45,978 bases of DNA, taken from contig CAYZNH010000001.1 in NCBI GenBank assembly GCA_964479775.1, forward strand, positions 30,032 to 76,009, given 5' to 3'. Positions 29,823 to 38,990 of this stretch are shown here, one piece after another. The position numbers were made by a program, and so were the translations under genes. This DNA is from an uncultured Candidatus Saccharibacteria bacterium. GTDB lineage: Bacteria > Patescibacteriota > Minisyncoccia > Phycocordibacterales > GWA1-40-21. Numbering within the stretch: the first letter of the stretch is position 1; each line of letters begins with the position of its first letter. The notes beneath the pieces were generated by a model. That model was given only the letters and a program-made list of their open reading frames with translations, did not search any database and was not told the origin of the DNA.

Positions 29823-32800
29823 TATTCAAGAATTTTAATTCTTTCCACAATCAAACTCACCTCATCATTTCTCTCTGAAACTTTACAGACAGCTGCAATA
29901 CATTTATCTACTGCCAAATTATTTTTTATTTGTGTATAAGTTTTAGGGAAGATGACTGCGTCTATTGAACCAGTAAAATCCGCAATTTTAATAAACACCA
30001 TCGGCTCATTTTTCTTTGTCATTATTTCTCTTATTTCTTCTATAATTCCACCAATAGGCCTACCCTCATTAACCAAATCTCTAACTGACTTAGTTTCTCT
30101 TGCCCCGTGAAGTTTTGAATCCTCTACTTCACTGGGGTCTTTTATCCTTTTAATATTTATATCTTGTTTATCAAGAACAGTTCTAAATCTGTCGAGTGGA
30201 TGTCCAGAAATGTAGAGTCCGAGAAGTTCTTTTTCCCAGAGAAGTTTATCTTTCATTGAGGCTTCAGGGGCTAGCTCGAGGGTAAATGCTTCTTTTTTAC
30301 CATCGTCAAACATACCAAAAAGTGAATCTTGACTATCATCTTTTTTGCTAACTTCTTTATTGTATTTCAAAAGATTCTCACAATTTGCTAGAAGCTGACC
30401 CCTTTCTCCAAATTCATCGAGCGCACCCGTCTTTATAAGAGCTTCAAGAGATTTTTTATTCATATTTCTATCAACAATTCTCTCGAGGAAATCTGATAAT
30501 GTTTTAAATTTACCTTTTTCTTTTCTGTTTTCTATAATAATTTTTGAAATACCTTCACCAAAGTTTTTAATAGTTGTAAGTCCAAACCTTATCTTGTCTG
30601 GTTCACCTTCAACTTTTACAACAGTAAAGTCACTGTAACTTTCATTTATAGATGGTGGAAGAACTGGAATTTGCATTCTTTTGCATTCAGTAATAAATTC
30701 ACCAATTTTTTCAACATCTCCAGCATCAGCAGTAAGTACAGCAGACATGTAAATAGCGGGGAAGTTTGCCTTCATATAAGAAGTCTGATACGACACTCTT
30801 CCATAGCTTGCAGCATGGGCTTTGTTAAATCCGTAAGCGGCGAAGGGCTCGATAAGCTTCCAAAGAGTTTGTGCTTTTTTGTCTGTTAGACCGTGTTCAA
30901 TAAAACCTTTGAGAAGTTTATCTTTTTGAGCTTCCATTTCTGCTGGGATTTTTTTACCCATAGCTTTTCTAAGTTTATCTGCCTCAAGCCAAGAATATCC
31001 CGCAAGTTTAATAGCAGTAAGCATAACGTCGTCCTGATATGTGATAACTCCATAAGATTGGTCCAGATACTCTTTCATTCTAGGATCCATATATTTAATT
31101 TTTTCTGGATGATGTTTTCTATCAATATATTCTGGAATGGATTCTATAGGACCAGGACGGTAAAGTGCCACCATAGCATTGATATCGTGTATAACTGTCG
31201 GTTTTAAATCTTTTAAATATTTCGTCATACCAGAACCATTGAGTTGAAAAAGACCACATGTCTCTCCACGAGCAAGCATGTCAAAAGTTTTTTTATCATC
31301 TAGTGGTATTTGTTCTATATCTAAATCAATATTTTCTATTTTTTTAACTCTATGCACTGCATCTGCAAGAATAGAAAGATTTTTAATACCAAGAAAGTCA
31401 AACTTCAAAAGTCCAACACCATCTTCTCCAACTCCATGCATATCGTATTGAGTGATAATCTTACCTTCACCTTTAGGATCGTATTGAAGTGGAACATAGT
31501 CTGTGAGAGGGGTAGGAGCTATCACAACACCAGCAGCATGAACAGAAATGTGTCGTGCACACCCTTCAATTTTTTGAGCCATATCTATAATTGCTTTTAC
31601 ATCTGCTTGTGTGTCATACATTTCTTTGAGTTCAGGAACTTCATCGAGAGCTCTTTTGAGAGTCATGGGAAAACCTTGTGCTCCCATGGGTACGAGTTTT
31701 GCTATTTTGTCGGCAAGTGGAAGAGGATATCTGAGGGCACGAGCAACATCTCGACATGCTCCACGAGCCATCATAGTACCGAATGTACCTATTTGAGCGA
31801 CATTATCATTACCATATTTTTGTCTTGCATATCGAATAACGTCATCACGTCTGTTATCAGCGTAGTCCATATCGATATCGGGAGCAGAAGGTCTTTCAGG
31901 GTTTAAAAATCTTTCAAAAGGAAGCTTAAAACTTATGGGGTCAACTTTTGTAATACCAGTAAGATAGGTGACAAGTGAACCAGCGACAGAACCTCTAATA
32001 TTTGTATATATATCATTTTCTGCAGAAAATCTGAGGAGGTCGGCTACCACCAGAAAGTATTTTGAGTATCCTTTATTTTTAATAACTTCAAGTTCATATT
32101 CAAGTCTTTTAATAACTTCTTCAGAATGTGGAAGACCTCTTTTATCGATACCTAAGTAAGCAATTCTTTTTAATTCTTCATCATTACTTAATCCGCTCTC
32201 TACAATATAGTTGGGGAATTTCCAAGCAGCTTGTCCAAGGATGATTTCAATATTGCATGCGTCTGCAATTTTAACAGTATTTTCTATCGCATCTGGAGTG
32301 TCCTTGAAATATTCAAGGGCTTTTTCTTCAGAGATGAGAGAAAAGTCATCGTTTGTTTCTTTTTGTTCTCTATCAGAAAAATCAGAGTGAGAGTTGACCA
32401 TTACTAGAGTATCTCTAGCCGTTTTGTCTTCTGGCTTTAAATAATAAACATCGTGTGCTGCGACAAGCTGTGTGTTTGTTTCTCTGGCAATTTTAATTAT
32501 TTTTTCTTTGAGTTCTATCTGGCCGTCTATTTCTGGGTGGTGAGTTATTTCAAGGAAAAAGTTGTCAGCACCATAAACTTTTTTGTACCAGTCAATAATA
32601 TTTTTTGCTTTTTCAAAATCATTATTTTTTAAAGCTCCTGAGGTTTCTCCAGAAAAATGTGGCATGATACATATTAAACCTTCAGAATATTTTTCTATAA
32701 GTTCTCGGTCGATTCTTGGTTTGTAGTAAAAACCTTCAAAATAAGAACCAGTAACTATTTTGATGAGGTTTTTATACCCGATTTCATTTTTAGCTAAAAG

Positions 32801-33070
32801 AACAAGTCTTGTTCTCCTATTATCAAGTCCTCCTTGTTTATCGTGCCTAGTTCTTGCAGCAACATAAAAATCAACACCAAGTATTGGTTTGATCTCGTTT
32901 TTCTTGCATACTTGATAAAATTCTATTGCACCATACATATTACCAGCGTCTGTAAGTGCTACAGAAGTCATACCTTTTTCTTTAACTGATTTTACAAGGT
33001 CTTTAAGCTGTGGAAGTGCATTAAGTAGAGAATAATGGCTATGAACGTGTAAGTGTATAAATTTTGACAT
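29822..33070 (-). CDS. dnaE: DNA polymerase III alpha subunit
   Basis: PHP domain start (FIHLHVHSHYSLLNA), GSVAGSLV, FERFLNPERPSAPDIDMD, KFDFLG and OB-fold tail. 1082 aa. Confidence 0.95.
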   Translation of the reverse strand: MSKFIHLHVHSHYSLLNALPQLKDLVKSVKEKGMTSVALTDAGNMYGAIEFYQVCKKNEIKPILGVDFYVAARTRHDKQGGLDNRRTRLVLLAKNEIGYKNLIKIVTGSYFEGFYYKPRIDRELIEKYSEGLICIMPHFSGETSGALKNNDFEKAKNIIDWYKKVYGADNFFLEITHHPEIDGQIELKEKIIKIARETNTQLVAAHDVYYLKPEDKTARDTLVMVNSHSDFSDREQKETNDDFSLISEEKALEYFKDTPDAIENTVKIADACNIEIILGQAAWKFPNYIVESGLSNDEELKRIAYLGIDKRGLPHSEEVIKRLEYELEVIKNKGYSKYFLVVADLLRFSAENDIYTNIRGSVAGSLVTYLTGITKVDPISFKLPFERFLNPERPSAPDIDMDYADNRRDDVIRYARQKYGNDNVAQIGTFGTMMARGACRDVARALRYPLPLADKIAKLVPMGAQGFPMTLKRALDEVPELKEMYDTQADVKAIIDMAQKIEGCARHISVHAAGVVIAPTPLTDYVPLQYDPKGEGKIITQYDMHGVGEDGVGLLKFDFLGIKNLSILADAVHRVKKIENIDLDIEQIPLDDKKTFDMLARGETCGLFQLNGSGMTKYLKDLKPTVIHDINAMVALYRPGPIESIPEYIDRKHHPEKIKYMDPRMKEYLDQSYGVITYQDDVMLTAIKLAGYSWLEADKLRKAMGKKIPAEMEAQKDKLLKGFIEHGLTDKKAQTLWKLIEPFAAYGFNKAHAASYGRVSYQTSYMKANFPAIYMSAVLTADAGDVEKIGEFITECKRMQIPVLPPSINESYSDFTVVKVEGEPDKIRFGLTTIKNFGEGISKIIIENRKEKGKFKTLSDFLERIVDRNMNKKSLEALIKTGALDEFGERGQLLANCENLLKYNKEVSKKDDSQDSLFGMFDDGKKEAFTLELAPEASMKDKLLWEKELLGLYISGHPLDRFRTVLDKQDINIKRIKDPSEVEDSKLHGARETKSVRDLVNEGRPIGGIIEEIREIMTKKNEPMVFIKIADFTGSIDAVIFPKTYTQIKNNLAVDKCIAAVCKVSERNDEVSLIVERIKILE

Positions 33071-33133
33071 ATGATACTATAATAATACTTTAATTTACGA
33101 TAAATAAAAGTCTTGATTAAGATTGAAAAATAG

Positions 33134-33736
33134 ATGCAAAAAATAGTCAAAAAACCTAAATATATTATAGGTATAGATGAGGTTGGTAGAGGACCTTTAG
33201 CTGGACCTGTAGCTACTGGTGTTTTTTGTGTAAAAAAAGATTTTAATTTTAAAAAACTTTTAGGTATAAGAGATTCAAAAAAACTAACACCAGAAAAAAG
33301 AGAATGTTTTTTTGAAAAAATTTTAGAATTAGAAGAAAAGGGTGAAGTAGAATTTTCTGTGTCTTATGTAAGTGCAAAAGAAATAGATAAAAATGGTATT
33401 AGTCCTGCAATCAAAAAAGCTCTAAATAATTCTTTAAATAAATTAAATAAAGATCCAAAAGAGTGTAGTATCTTTTTAGATGGTGGGCTTTATGCTAGAG
33501 AAGAATATAAGAGACAAAAAACCATAATAAAAGGGGATGATAAAATAAAAGTTATTTCTTGCGCTTCTGTGGTAGCAAAAGTTTTGAGAGATAGGTTGAT
33601 GTGTAAGTTAGCAAAAAAATATCCTAAATATGGTTTTGAAATACATAAGGGATATGGTACAAAAAAACATTGTGAAAGTATAAGAAAAAATGGTATTTGT
33701 CCTGAACATAGAAAGTGTTTTTTAAAGAATTTTTAA
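33134..33736 (+). CDS. rnhB: ribonuclease HII
   Basis: IIGIDEVGRGPLAGPV catalytic motif, DSKKLTPEKRE and HKGYGTKKH. Confidence 0.9.
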   Translation: MQKIVKKPKYIIGIDEVGRGPLAGPVATGVFCVKKDFNFKKLLGIRDSKKLTPEKRECFFEKILELEEKGEVEFSVSYVSAKEIDKNGISPAIKKALNNSLNKLNKDPKECSIFLDGGLYAREEYKRQKTIIKGDDKIKVISCASVVAKVLRDRLMCKLAKKYPKYGFEIHKGYGTKKHCESIRKNGICPEHRKCFLKNF

Positions 33737-33738
33737 AA

Positions 33739-33798
33739 GCATACCATCCTCGGGGTAAACCCCGAGGATGGTATGCGAGGATGATTTGTTTTTTAAAC
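33739..33798 (+). terminator. strong GC hairpin after rnhB
   Basis: 17-bp stem GCATACCATCCTCGGGG (33739-33755) / CCCCGAGGATGGTATGC (33760-33776), loop TAAA. The T run begins about 13 nt later (33789-33794), so it is not a textbook terminator. Confidence 0.6.
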
Positions 33799-33822
33799 CA
33801 AAGTGTTTTATAATTAAAATAT

Positions 33823-34692
33823 ATGGAAAATCTTAGTAAACAACAGATAATATTGCTTACACTTCTTGTTAGTTTTGTAACATCTATTGCTACTGGTATT
33901 GTTACTGTTGCCCTTATGAATCAAGCACCAGTTGGTGTTACTCAGACTATTAACAGGGTTGTTGAGAGAACGATAGAAAAGGTTGTTCCAGCTACACCAA
34001 CAAAAGAAACTCAGACAATTGTAAAGGAAACTGTTGTTGTAAATACAGACGATCAGATTGTTAGTGCTGTAGAAAAAAATTCCAAGAGTATAGTAAGAAT
34101 TTATAGTAGAGAGAGTAGTAGGTCATATGATTCTGATTCGGTAAGATTTATTGGGCTTGGTGCTGTTGTTTCTGATGATAATGTGATTATTGCTGATAAT
34201 AATACTTTTGTTTTTGATGGTGGTAGATATTTTATAAAAATAGAAGGTAATAAAAACATAGACCTTGAGATTTTAAGAGCTGTTTCTGGTGAAGAAGTTG
34301 CTATATTTAAGATAAAAGATGATAGTTCTGAAATTATAAAATTACCTAAAGCTAATATTGCATCAAAAGACAATATAAAATTAGGACAGACTATTGTATA
34401 TATAGGAGGTGAGATTAAAGACACTGTATCTACAGGTATTATATCTGGAATTAATATCGAAAATCAGACAGATAAAAATTCTACAAGTACTGAAAAAATA
34501 ATGACTTCTATAGAAACAAACATATCTTCTGAAAAATTTATTCCCGGAGGTTTACTTGTTAATCTTTCTGGTGAGATAGTAGCAATAAAAACCAATTATC
34601 CAGATTATATAAGAACAGATTTATTCGCACCTGCAAATTATATAGAAAGTTCATTAAATAAAGCTATTCTATCAGCCAACAAAACTGAGTAG
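33823..34692 (+). CDS. membrane-anchored HtrA/trypsin-fold protein lacking the catalytic His and Ser (pseudoprotease)
   Basis: N-terminal TM. S1C-like blocks are present: SIVRIY, GLGAVVSDDNVIIADNN where TNxHV is expected, VAIFKI, STGIISGI, and IPGGLLVNLSGEIVAIK where GNSGGPL is expected. Confidence 0.5.
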   Translation: MENLSKQQIILLTLLVSFVTSIATGIVTVALMNQAPVGVTQTINRVVERTIEKVVPATPTKETQTIVKETVVVNTDDQIVSAVEKNSKSIVRIYSRESSRSYDSDSVRFIGLGAVVSDDNVIIADNNTFVFDGGRYFIKIEGNKNIDLEILRAVSGEEVAIFKIKDDSSEIIKLPKANIASKDNIKLGQTIVYIGGEIKDTVSTGIISGINIENQTDKNSTSTEKIMTSIETNISSEKFIPGGLLVNLSGEIVAIKTNYPDYIRTDLFAPANYIESSLNKAILSANKTE

Positions 34693-34760
34693 TTGAAACT
34701 CTTTTCAAAAAATACTTTTTTGTTAGAATCTTAAGGAAACTTAATTAATTTTTTATTTTT

Positions 34761-37439
34761 ATGCCACCATTTAATAATTTTACAACAAAAGCAAAAGAGG
34801 TTATAAGAAGGGCTCACGAGCTTGCTATTGAACGTGGACAAAATCATGTTAATCCACTTCATCTTTTAACAGCACTTGTCTTACAAGAAGAAAGTGTAGT
34901 TTCTTCCATTCTTGATAGGCTGGAGATAGACATAATTCTTTTTACTGATTCGATACTTGAGGCAATAGAAGCCACAAACACTTCAACAACTATTTCTCCA
35001 TCAAATCAAATTTATTTAACCCCAGATTTAGCACAGATTTTAGAATTATCTGGAAAAGAAACACAAGATTTAAAAGACGAATTCATTTCAACTGAACATT
35101 TATTTTTAGCGATTTTAGATACTCAATGTTCTGCAAAAGATTTGTTACAGAGATTTAAAATAGATAAAACAAAAATTTTAAATATTCTTTCTGAAATAAA
35201 AACCCTTAAGGGAGATGAAATAAATCAACCCAAAAAATATCGATCAATTTTAAAATATACTAGGAATCTTACAAAACTTGTGAGGGATAATAAACTCGAT
35301 CCTGTTATCGGAAGAGATAATGAAATCTCTAGAATAATTCAAATACTTTCAAGAAGGACAAAAAATAATCCTATTCTTATCGGTGAGGCAGGTGTTGGTA
35401 AAACTGCAATAGTAGAAGGACTTGCTATAAGGATTGCAAACGGTGATGTCCCAGAATCTTTAAAAGATAAAGAGTTGGTTTCACTTGATATGGGTTTATT
35501 GGTTGCGGGTACAAAATATAGAGGTGAGTTTGAAGAAAGATTAAAAAATATTATCAAAGAAATTGAAAAGTCAGAGGGTAAAATAATTCTTTTTATTGAT
35601 GAAATACACACTATTGTTGGAGCTGGTTCTGCCGAAGGATCTCTCGATGCTTCAAATATGTTGAAACCCGCTTTATCGAGAGGTGAACTTAGAACTATTG
35701 GTGCGACAACATTAAAAGAATATCAAAAGATAGAAAAAGATCCTGCTTTAACAAGAAGATTCCAACCTGTTTTGGTAAATGAGCCATCCATTGAAGATGC
35801 TGTAGCTATTTTAAGAGGACTTAAAGAAAAATATGAACTTTATCATGGTGTAAGAATTACTGACGATGCTATTCTTACAGCTGTAAATTTGAGCAGTAGA
35901 TATATTACAGATAGATTCTTACCAGACAAAGCTGTTGATCTTATAGATGAATCTGCTTCTATGCTTAAAATTTCTCTTGAAAATATGCCACCTGCTCTTG
36001 AGGAAACAAGAAGAAAAATAATGAGACTTGAGATTGAGAAAGAGGCTCTTAAAAAAGAGGTTGATGGAGAACGAAAGAAAGAAACAAAAAAAAGAATAGA
36101 AAACATAGAAAAAGAAATTGCAGATTTGAAGGAAAAAACTTCAGACCTTGAATTGCGTTGGACTACAGAAAAAGAAATTTTAACTGGTATTAAAAGTCTA
36201 AAAAAACAACTTGAAACACTTAGGATAGAAGCTGAAAATGCTGAAATTCAAGCTGATCTTTCAAAAGCTGCTGAAATACGATATGGAAAGATTCCTCAAG
36301 CCGAAAAAGAATTAGATATAAAAACTAAAAAACTTAAGAAACTTCAGTCAAATAGAAGGGTGTTGAAAGAAGAAATTACAGAAGAAGATATTGCTTTTGT
36401 TGTTTCTAAGTGGACTGGTGTACCAGTTTCTAGAATGCTTGAAAGTGAAATAAATAAACTTATGAGAATGGAGGATGGGCTTAAGGATAAAATCATTGGT
36501 CAGGATGAAGCTGTAAAGAAAATTTCAGAAACAATAAAGAGGTCTCGTGCTGGCATTGCTGATCCAAATAGACCTATTGGTTCATTTATATTTCTTGGTC
36601 CAACTGGTGTTGGTAAGACAGAACTTACAAAAGCTCTTGCTGAGTTTCTTTTTGATGATGAGAAAGCTTTGATACGAGTAGATATGTCTGAGTTTATGGA
36701 AAAGCATGCCACATCAAAGCTTATAGGTCCTCCACCAGGATATGTTGGATATGAAGAAGGTGGTTCGCTCACTGAAATTGTAAGACATAGACCATATTCT
36801 GTAATTCTTTTTGATGAAATAGAAAAAGCACATCCAGAAGTTTTTAACTTATTGTTGCAGGTTCTTGATGGAGGAAGACTTACTGATTCAAAAGGTAGAG
36901 TAGTTAACTTCAAAAATACTGTAATTATAATGACTTCAAATATTGGTGCTCAGTTTATCGACAAGATGGAGCAGATTGGTTTCTCTACATCAGAAAATAA
37001 AAATGATGAATATAATTTGGTAAAAGAAAAAGTTATGACAAGTTTGAAAGATTTCTTTAGACCAGAATTTATAAACCGTCTTGATGATATAGTTATCTTT
37101 GATATTTTGAGTCCTCTTGCTATAAGAAAAATTGTAGATATACAGATTGGACAAGTTAGAGAAAGGTTGTTATCTAAGAATATAAAAATGGATATAAAGG
37201 ACGGAGTATTAGAGTATCTTTCAAAGGAAGGTTACAATCCACAATACGGTGCAAGACCATTAAGAAGACTTATTCAAACCAAAATACTTAATCCGATTGC
37301 ATCTTTGATGATATCTCAAGGTATAATAAGCGGAGGAACAATAATAATCGGTATAAAGAACAATGAATTTACTTTTGATGTAAAGAAAGGGAAGAGAAAC
37401 GGTAATCTTGTAAAAGAAGTAATAGATATAGAAGAATAA
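34761..37439 (+). CDS. clpB: ATP-dependent chaperone ClpB
   Basis: Clp_N repeats, Walker [10 protein letters not shown] and GPTGVGKTE, a long middle coiled coil, and GARPLRR near the C-terminus. Confidence 0.95.
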   Translation: MPPFNNFTTKAKEVIRRAHELAIERGQNHVNPLHLLTALVLQEESVVSSILDRLEIDIILFTDSILEAIEATNTSTTISPSNQIYLTPDLAQILELSGKETQDLKDEFISTEHLFLAILDTQCSAKDLLQRFKIDKTKILNILSEIKTLKGDEINQPKKYRSILKYTRNLTKLVRDNKLDPVIGRDNEISRIIQILSRRTKNNPILIGEAGVGKTAIVEGLAIRIANGDVPESLKDKELVSLDMGLLVAGTKYRGEFEERLKNIIKEIEKSEGKIILFIDEIHTIVGAGSAEGSLDASNMLKPALSRGELRTIGATTLKEYQKIEKDPALTRRFQPVLVNEPSIEDAVAILRGLKEKYELYHGVRITDDAILTAVNLSSRYITDRFLPDKAVDLIDESASMLKISLENMPPALEETRRKIMRLEIEKEALKKEVDGERKKETKKRIENIEKEIADLKEKTSDLELRWTTEKEILTGIKSLKKQLETLRIEAENAEIQADLSKAAEIRYGKIPQAEKELDIKTKKLKKLQSNRRVLKEEITEEDIAFVVSKWTGVPVSRMLESEINKLMRMEDGLKDKIIGQDEAVKKISETIKRSRAGIADPNRPIGSFIFLGPTGVGKTELTKALAEFLFDDEKALIRVDMSEFMEKHATSKLIGPPPGYVGYEEGGSLTEIVRHRPYSVILFDEIEKAHPEVFNLLLQVLDGGRLTDSKGRVVNFKNTVIIMTSNIGAQFIDKMEQIGFSTSENKNDEYNLVKEKVMTSLKDFFRPEFINRLDDIVIFDILSPLAIRKIVDIQIGQVRERLLSKNIKMDIKDGVLEYLSKEGYNPQYGARPLRRLIQTKILNPIASLMISQGIISGGTIIIGIKNNEFTFDVKKGKRNGNLVKEVIDIEE

Positions 37440-37444
37440 TTTTT

Positions 37445-37477
37445 AAAATCCACCGAGGTTAAACCTCGGTGGATTTT
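37445..37477 (+). terminator. terminator after clpB
   Basis: AAAATCCACCGAGG / CCTCGGTGGATTTT with loop TTAAA. Confidence 0.8.
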
Positions 37478-37488
37478 AAAAATTATAT

Positions 37489-37516
37489 TTGAAAAAAGTA
37501 AAAAAGATGCTATTAT
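37489..37516 (+). promoter_or_regulatory. promoter of tRNA-Tyr
   Basis: TTGAAA 37489-37494, 16-nt spacer, TGcTATTAT 37508-37516. The tRNA starts at 37526. Confidence 0.55.
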
Positions 37517-37525
37517 ATTTCCGAT

Positions 37526-37609
37526 GCGTAGGTGGCGGAGTGGTCAATCGCAACTGACTGTAAATCAGTCGTCCTATGGACTACGTAGGTTCAAATCCTA
37601 CCCTACGCA
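37526..37609 (+). tRNA. tRNA-Tyr (anticodon GUA), long variable arm, CCA not encoded
   Basis: Acceptor GCGTAGG/CCTACGC, 3-bp D stem GCG/CGC, anticodon stem ACTGA/TCAGT with loop CTGTAAA. Variable arm GTCC-TAT-GGAC, T arm GTAGG-TTCAAAT-CCTAC, discriminator A. Confidence 0.9.
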
Positions 37610-37613
37610 CAAA

Positions 37614-37638
37614 ATAAATCGCGAATAGCGATTTTTTT
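37614..37638 (+). terminator. terminator after tRNA-Tyr
   Basis: AATCGC (37617-37622) / GCGATT (37628-37633), then T7. Confidence 0.7.
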
Positions 37639-37946
37639 GTGCGTAGGAGAAAGTGCTGGGGAGCACTTTCGTGTAGGATTTGAAGCCCGATTGAGCAGAT
37701 TTTGTGAGTGTTAACGAAACAAAATATCCAATCGGGGTACTGATCCTGTAAGGATCAAAATTCCTACCCATTCTTAGAATTTGAAAGACGGAAATCATTT
37801 TTATAGTAATAAATTTAATTGAGTCGGGGTCGCATAATTTTACGAACGACGGTGAGTAAAATATATGTGACCAAATCCTACCCTAAACTACTTTTAAAAA
37901 AAATAGGAAACCTGTACTGACCATGTAATGGTCAAAATTCCTACCT
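37639..37946 (+). repeat. array of tRNA-Tyr 3'-end-derived fragments (one inverted, three direct)
   Basis: GTGCGTAGG (37639-37647) and GTAGGATTTGAA (37673-37684) are reverse complements of tRNA positions 37602-37610 and 37590-37601. Direct copies occur at three sites. TCAAAATTCCTACCC lies at 37755-37769. CAAATCCTACCCTA at 37872-37885 is a 14-nt exact match to 37592-37605. TCAAAATTCCTACC lies at 37932-37945. Confidence 0.75.
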
Positions 37947-37999
37947 TATATACTAAAAACATTCTTTATTTTGTAGTTTAGATTAGATTTGAATTAAAC

Positions 38000-38028
38000 T
38001 TGACAAAAAAGATGATTAGTGCTATTCT
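38000..38028 (+). promoter_or_regulatory. promoter of GC-enriched cassette 3
   Basis: TTGACA 38000-38005 (again TTGACAA), 17-nt spacer, TGcTATTCT 38020-38028. Confidence 0.55.
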
Positions 38029-38122
38029 GTTAAATGGAAATCGGATCTTTGAGTTGTCTTAACGCTCGGACGAAACTGACTCAAAAGAGCCATAGAGCGT
38101 ATGCTAGAGGAAGGAGTTAAGT

Positions 38123-38878
38123 ATGAAGAGTAATGGTAACTGGAGTGAAAACAATTGGTCAGTTTTTTTGTGGCGGTTTTTTGGTTCGTCTATCGTTGGG
38201 CTCATTCTACCAGTTTTTGTTGGACTTTTCTGCTGTCTCTTCCGTTGCCTTGATGGCTGGAAAAGTCATCATTGGACGACGGAGGGCTTGTGGAGTTATC
38301 TGGCTATAACTGGTACGTTCGGATTCGTTTTCTTTTGTCTGAATTTCTGGTCAGAACACGCTCACATTTTTGTGACCAGACTGGAGAATGGAATAATCAT
38401 TTATGATAAGGCGAAAGGAAATCTTAGGGTAATAAGGGTGTTAGATCGGGTGATATTTGTTCGCGATAACCACCCATTCCTTAGTGATCTCTTTAAACTT
38501 TTTGTTATGTATGAGAGACACGGTGGTGAAGTCACTGTTCATCCAGTGACGGCAAATCCTAAAGTTCGGGATATTACATGTTATCTTTGTCTCAAGGTTG
38601 AAGCGATGACAGTTGAAAACCTCAATCGAGTGATTCGCTTTGTAGGTTTTGATCATCTCGGGTTTGCATATAGTTGGAGTGAAAGTGCAGATCTCAGTGA
38701 TGTTGCTAGAAGTTTACTCTATGATTTCGCAGAAGCTTATTCTCGAGACCTAGGTACACTCTTTAATCCGCTGAACGAAGACCAACAAGCCAGGTTCAAA
38801 GAATGGCTCACTGCCTTCGTCAATCCGAAACTGGCGGGATCTGGACTCGTGGTTGATTCTTGTTCCTTCAGTATATAA
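38123..38878 (+). CDS. hypothetical two-TM membrane protein, GC-enriched cassette 3
   Basis: Strong SD GAGGAAGGAG (38107-38116). Two hydrophobic helices (about residues 13-40 and 56-76), then a soluble domain of about 170 aa that I do not recognise. Confidence 0.6.
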   Translation: MKSNGNWSENNWSVFLWRFFGSSIVGLILPVFVGLFCCLFRCLDGWKSHHWTTEGLWSYLAITGTFGFVFFCLNFWSEHAHIFVTRLENGIIIYDKAKGNLRVIRVLDRVIFVRDNHPFLSDLFKLFVMYERHGGEVTVHPVTANPKVRDITCYLCLKVEAMTVENLNRVIRFVGFDHLGFAYSWSESADLSDVARSLLYDFAEAYSRDLGTLFNPLNEDQQARFKEWLTAFVNPKLAGSGLVVDSCSFSI

Positions 38879-38898
38879 TAAGAAGTTTTTTGTTAAGT

Positions 38899-38951
38899 CC
38901 ACTTCGTGAGCGGGAAAAAGTCCTGCTTTCACGAGTGGGCTTTTTCTTTTA
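38899..38951 (+). terminator. terminator of cassette 3
   Basis: CCACTTCGTGA... / ...TCACGAGTGGG imperfect stem followed by CTTTTTCTTTT. Confidence 0.6.
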
Positions 38952-38990
38952 TTTAAATTATATTTTTTCATTTAATATTATGATATATTT

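Noticed and set aside
30671-32159. Plus-strand ORFs inside dnaE (30671-30889, 30893-31207, 31352-31906, 31611-31796, 31968-32159)
   Set aside because: They are antisense shadows of a confidently identified 1082-aa DnaE with no independent signals. The same applies to the plus-strand ORFs inside thrS (25852-27473) and the minus-strand ORFs inside clpB, gatB, pheT, alr and the 41824 gene.
37737-37770. M1 module (and M3 at 37914-37946) as genuine extra tRNA genes
   Set aside because: Only an anticodon-arm-like hairpin and a T-arm/acceptor 3' strand are present. There is no D arm and no 5' acceptor strand, so they are tRNA-derived fragments rather than functional tRNAs.
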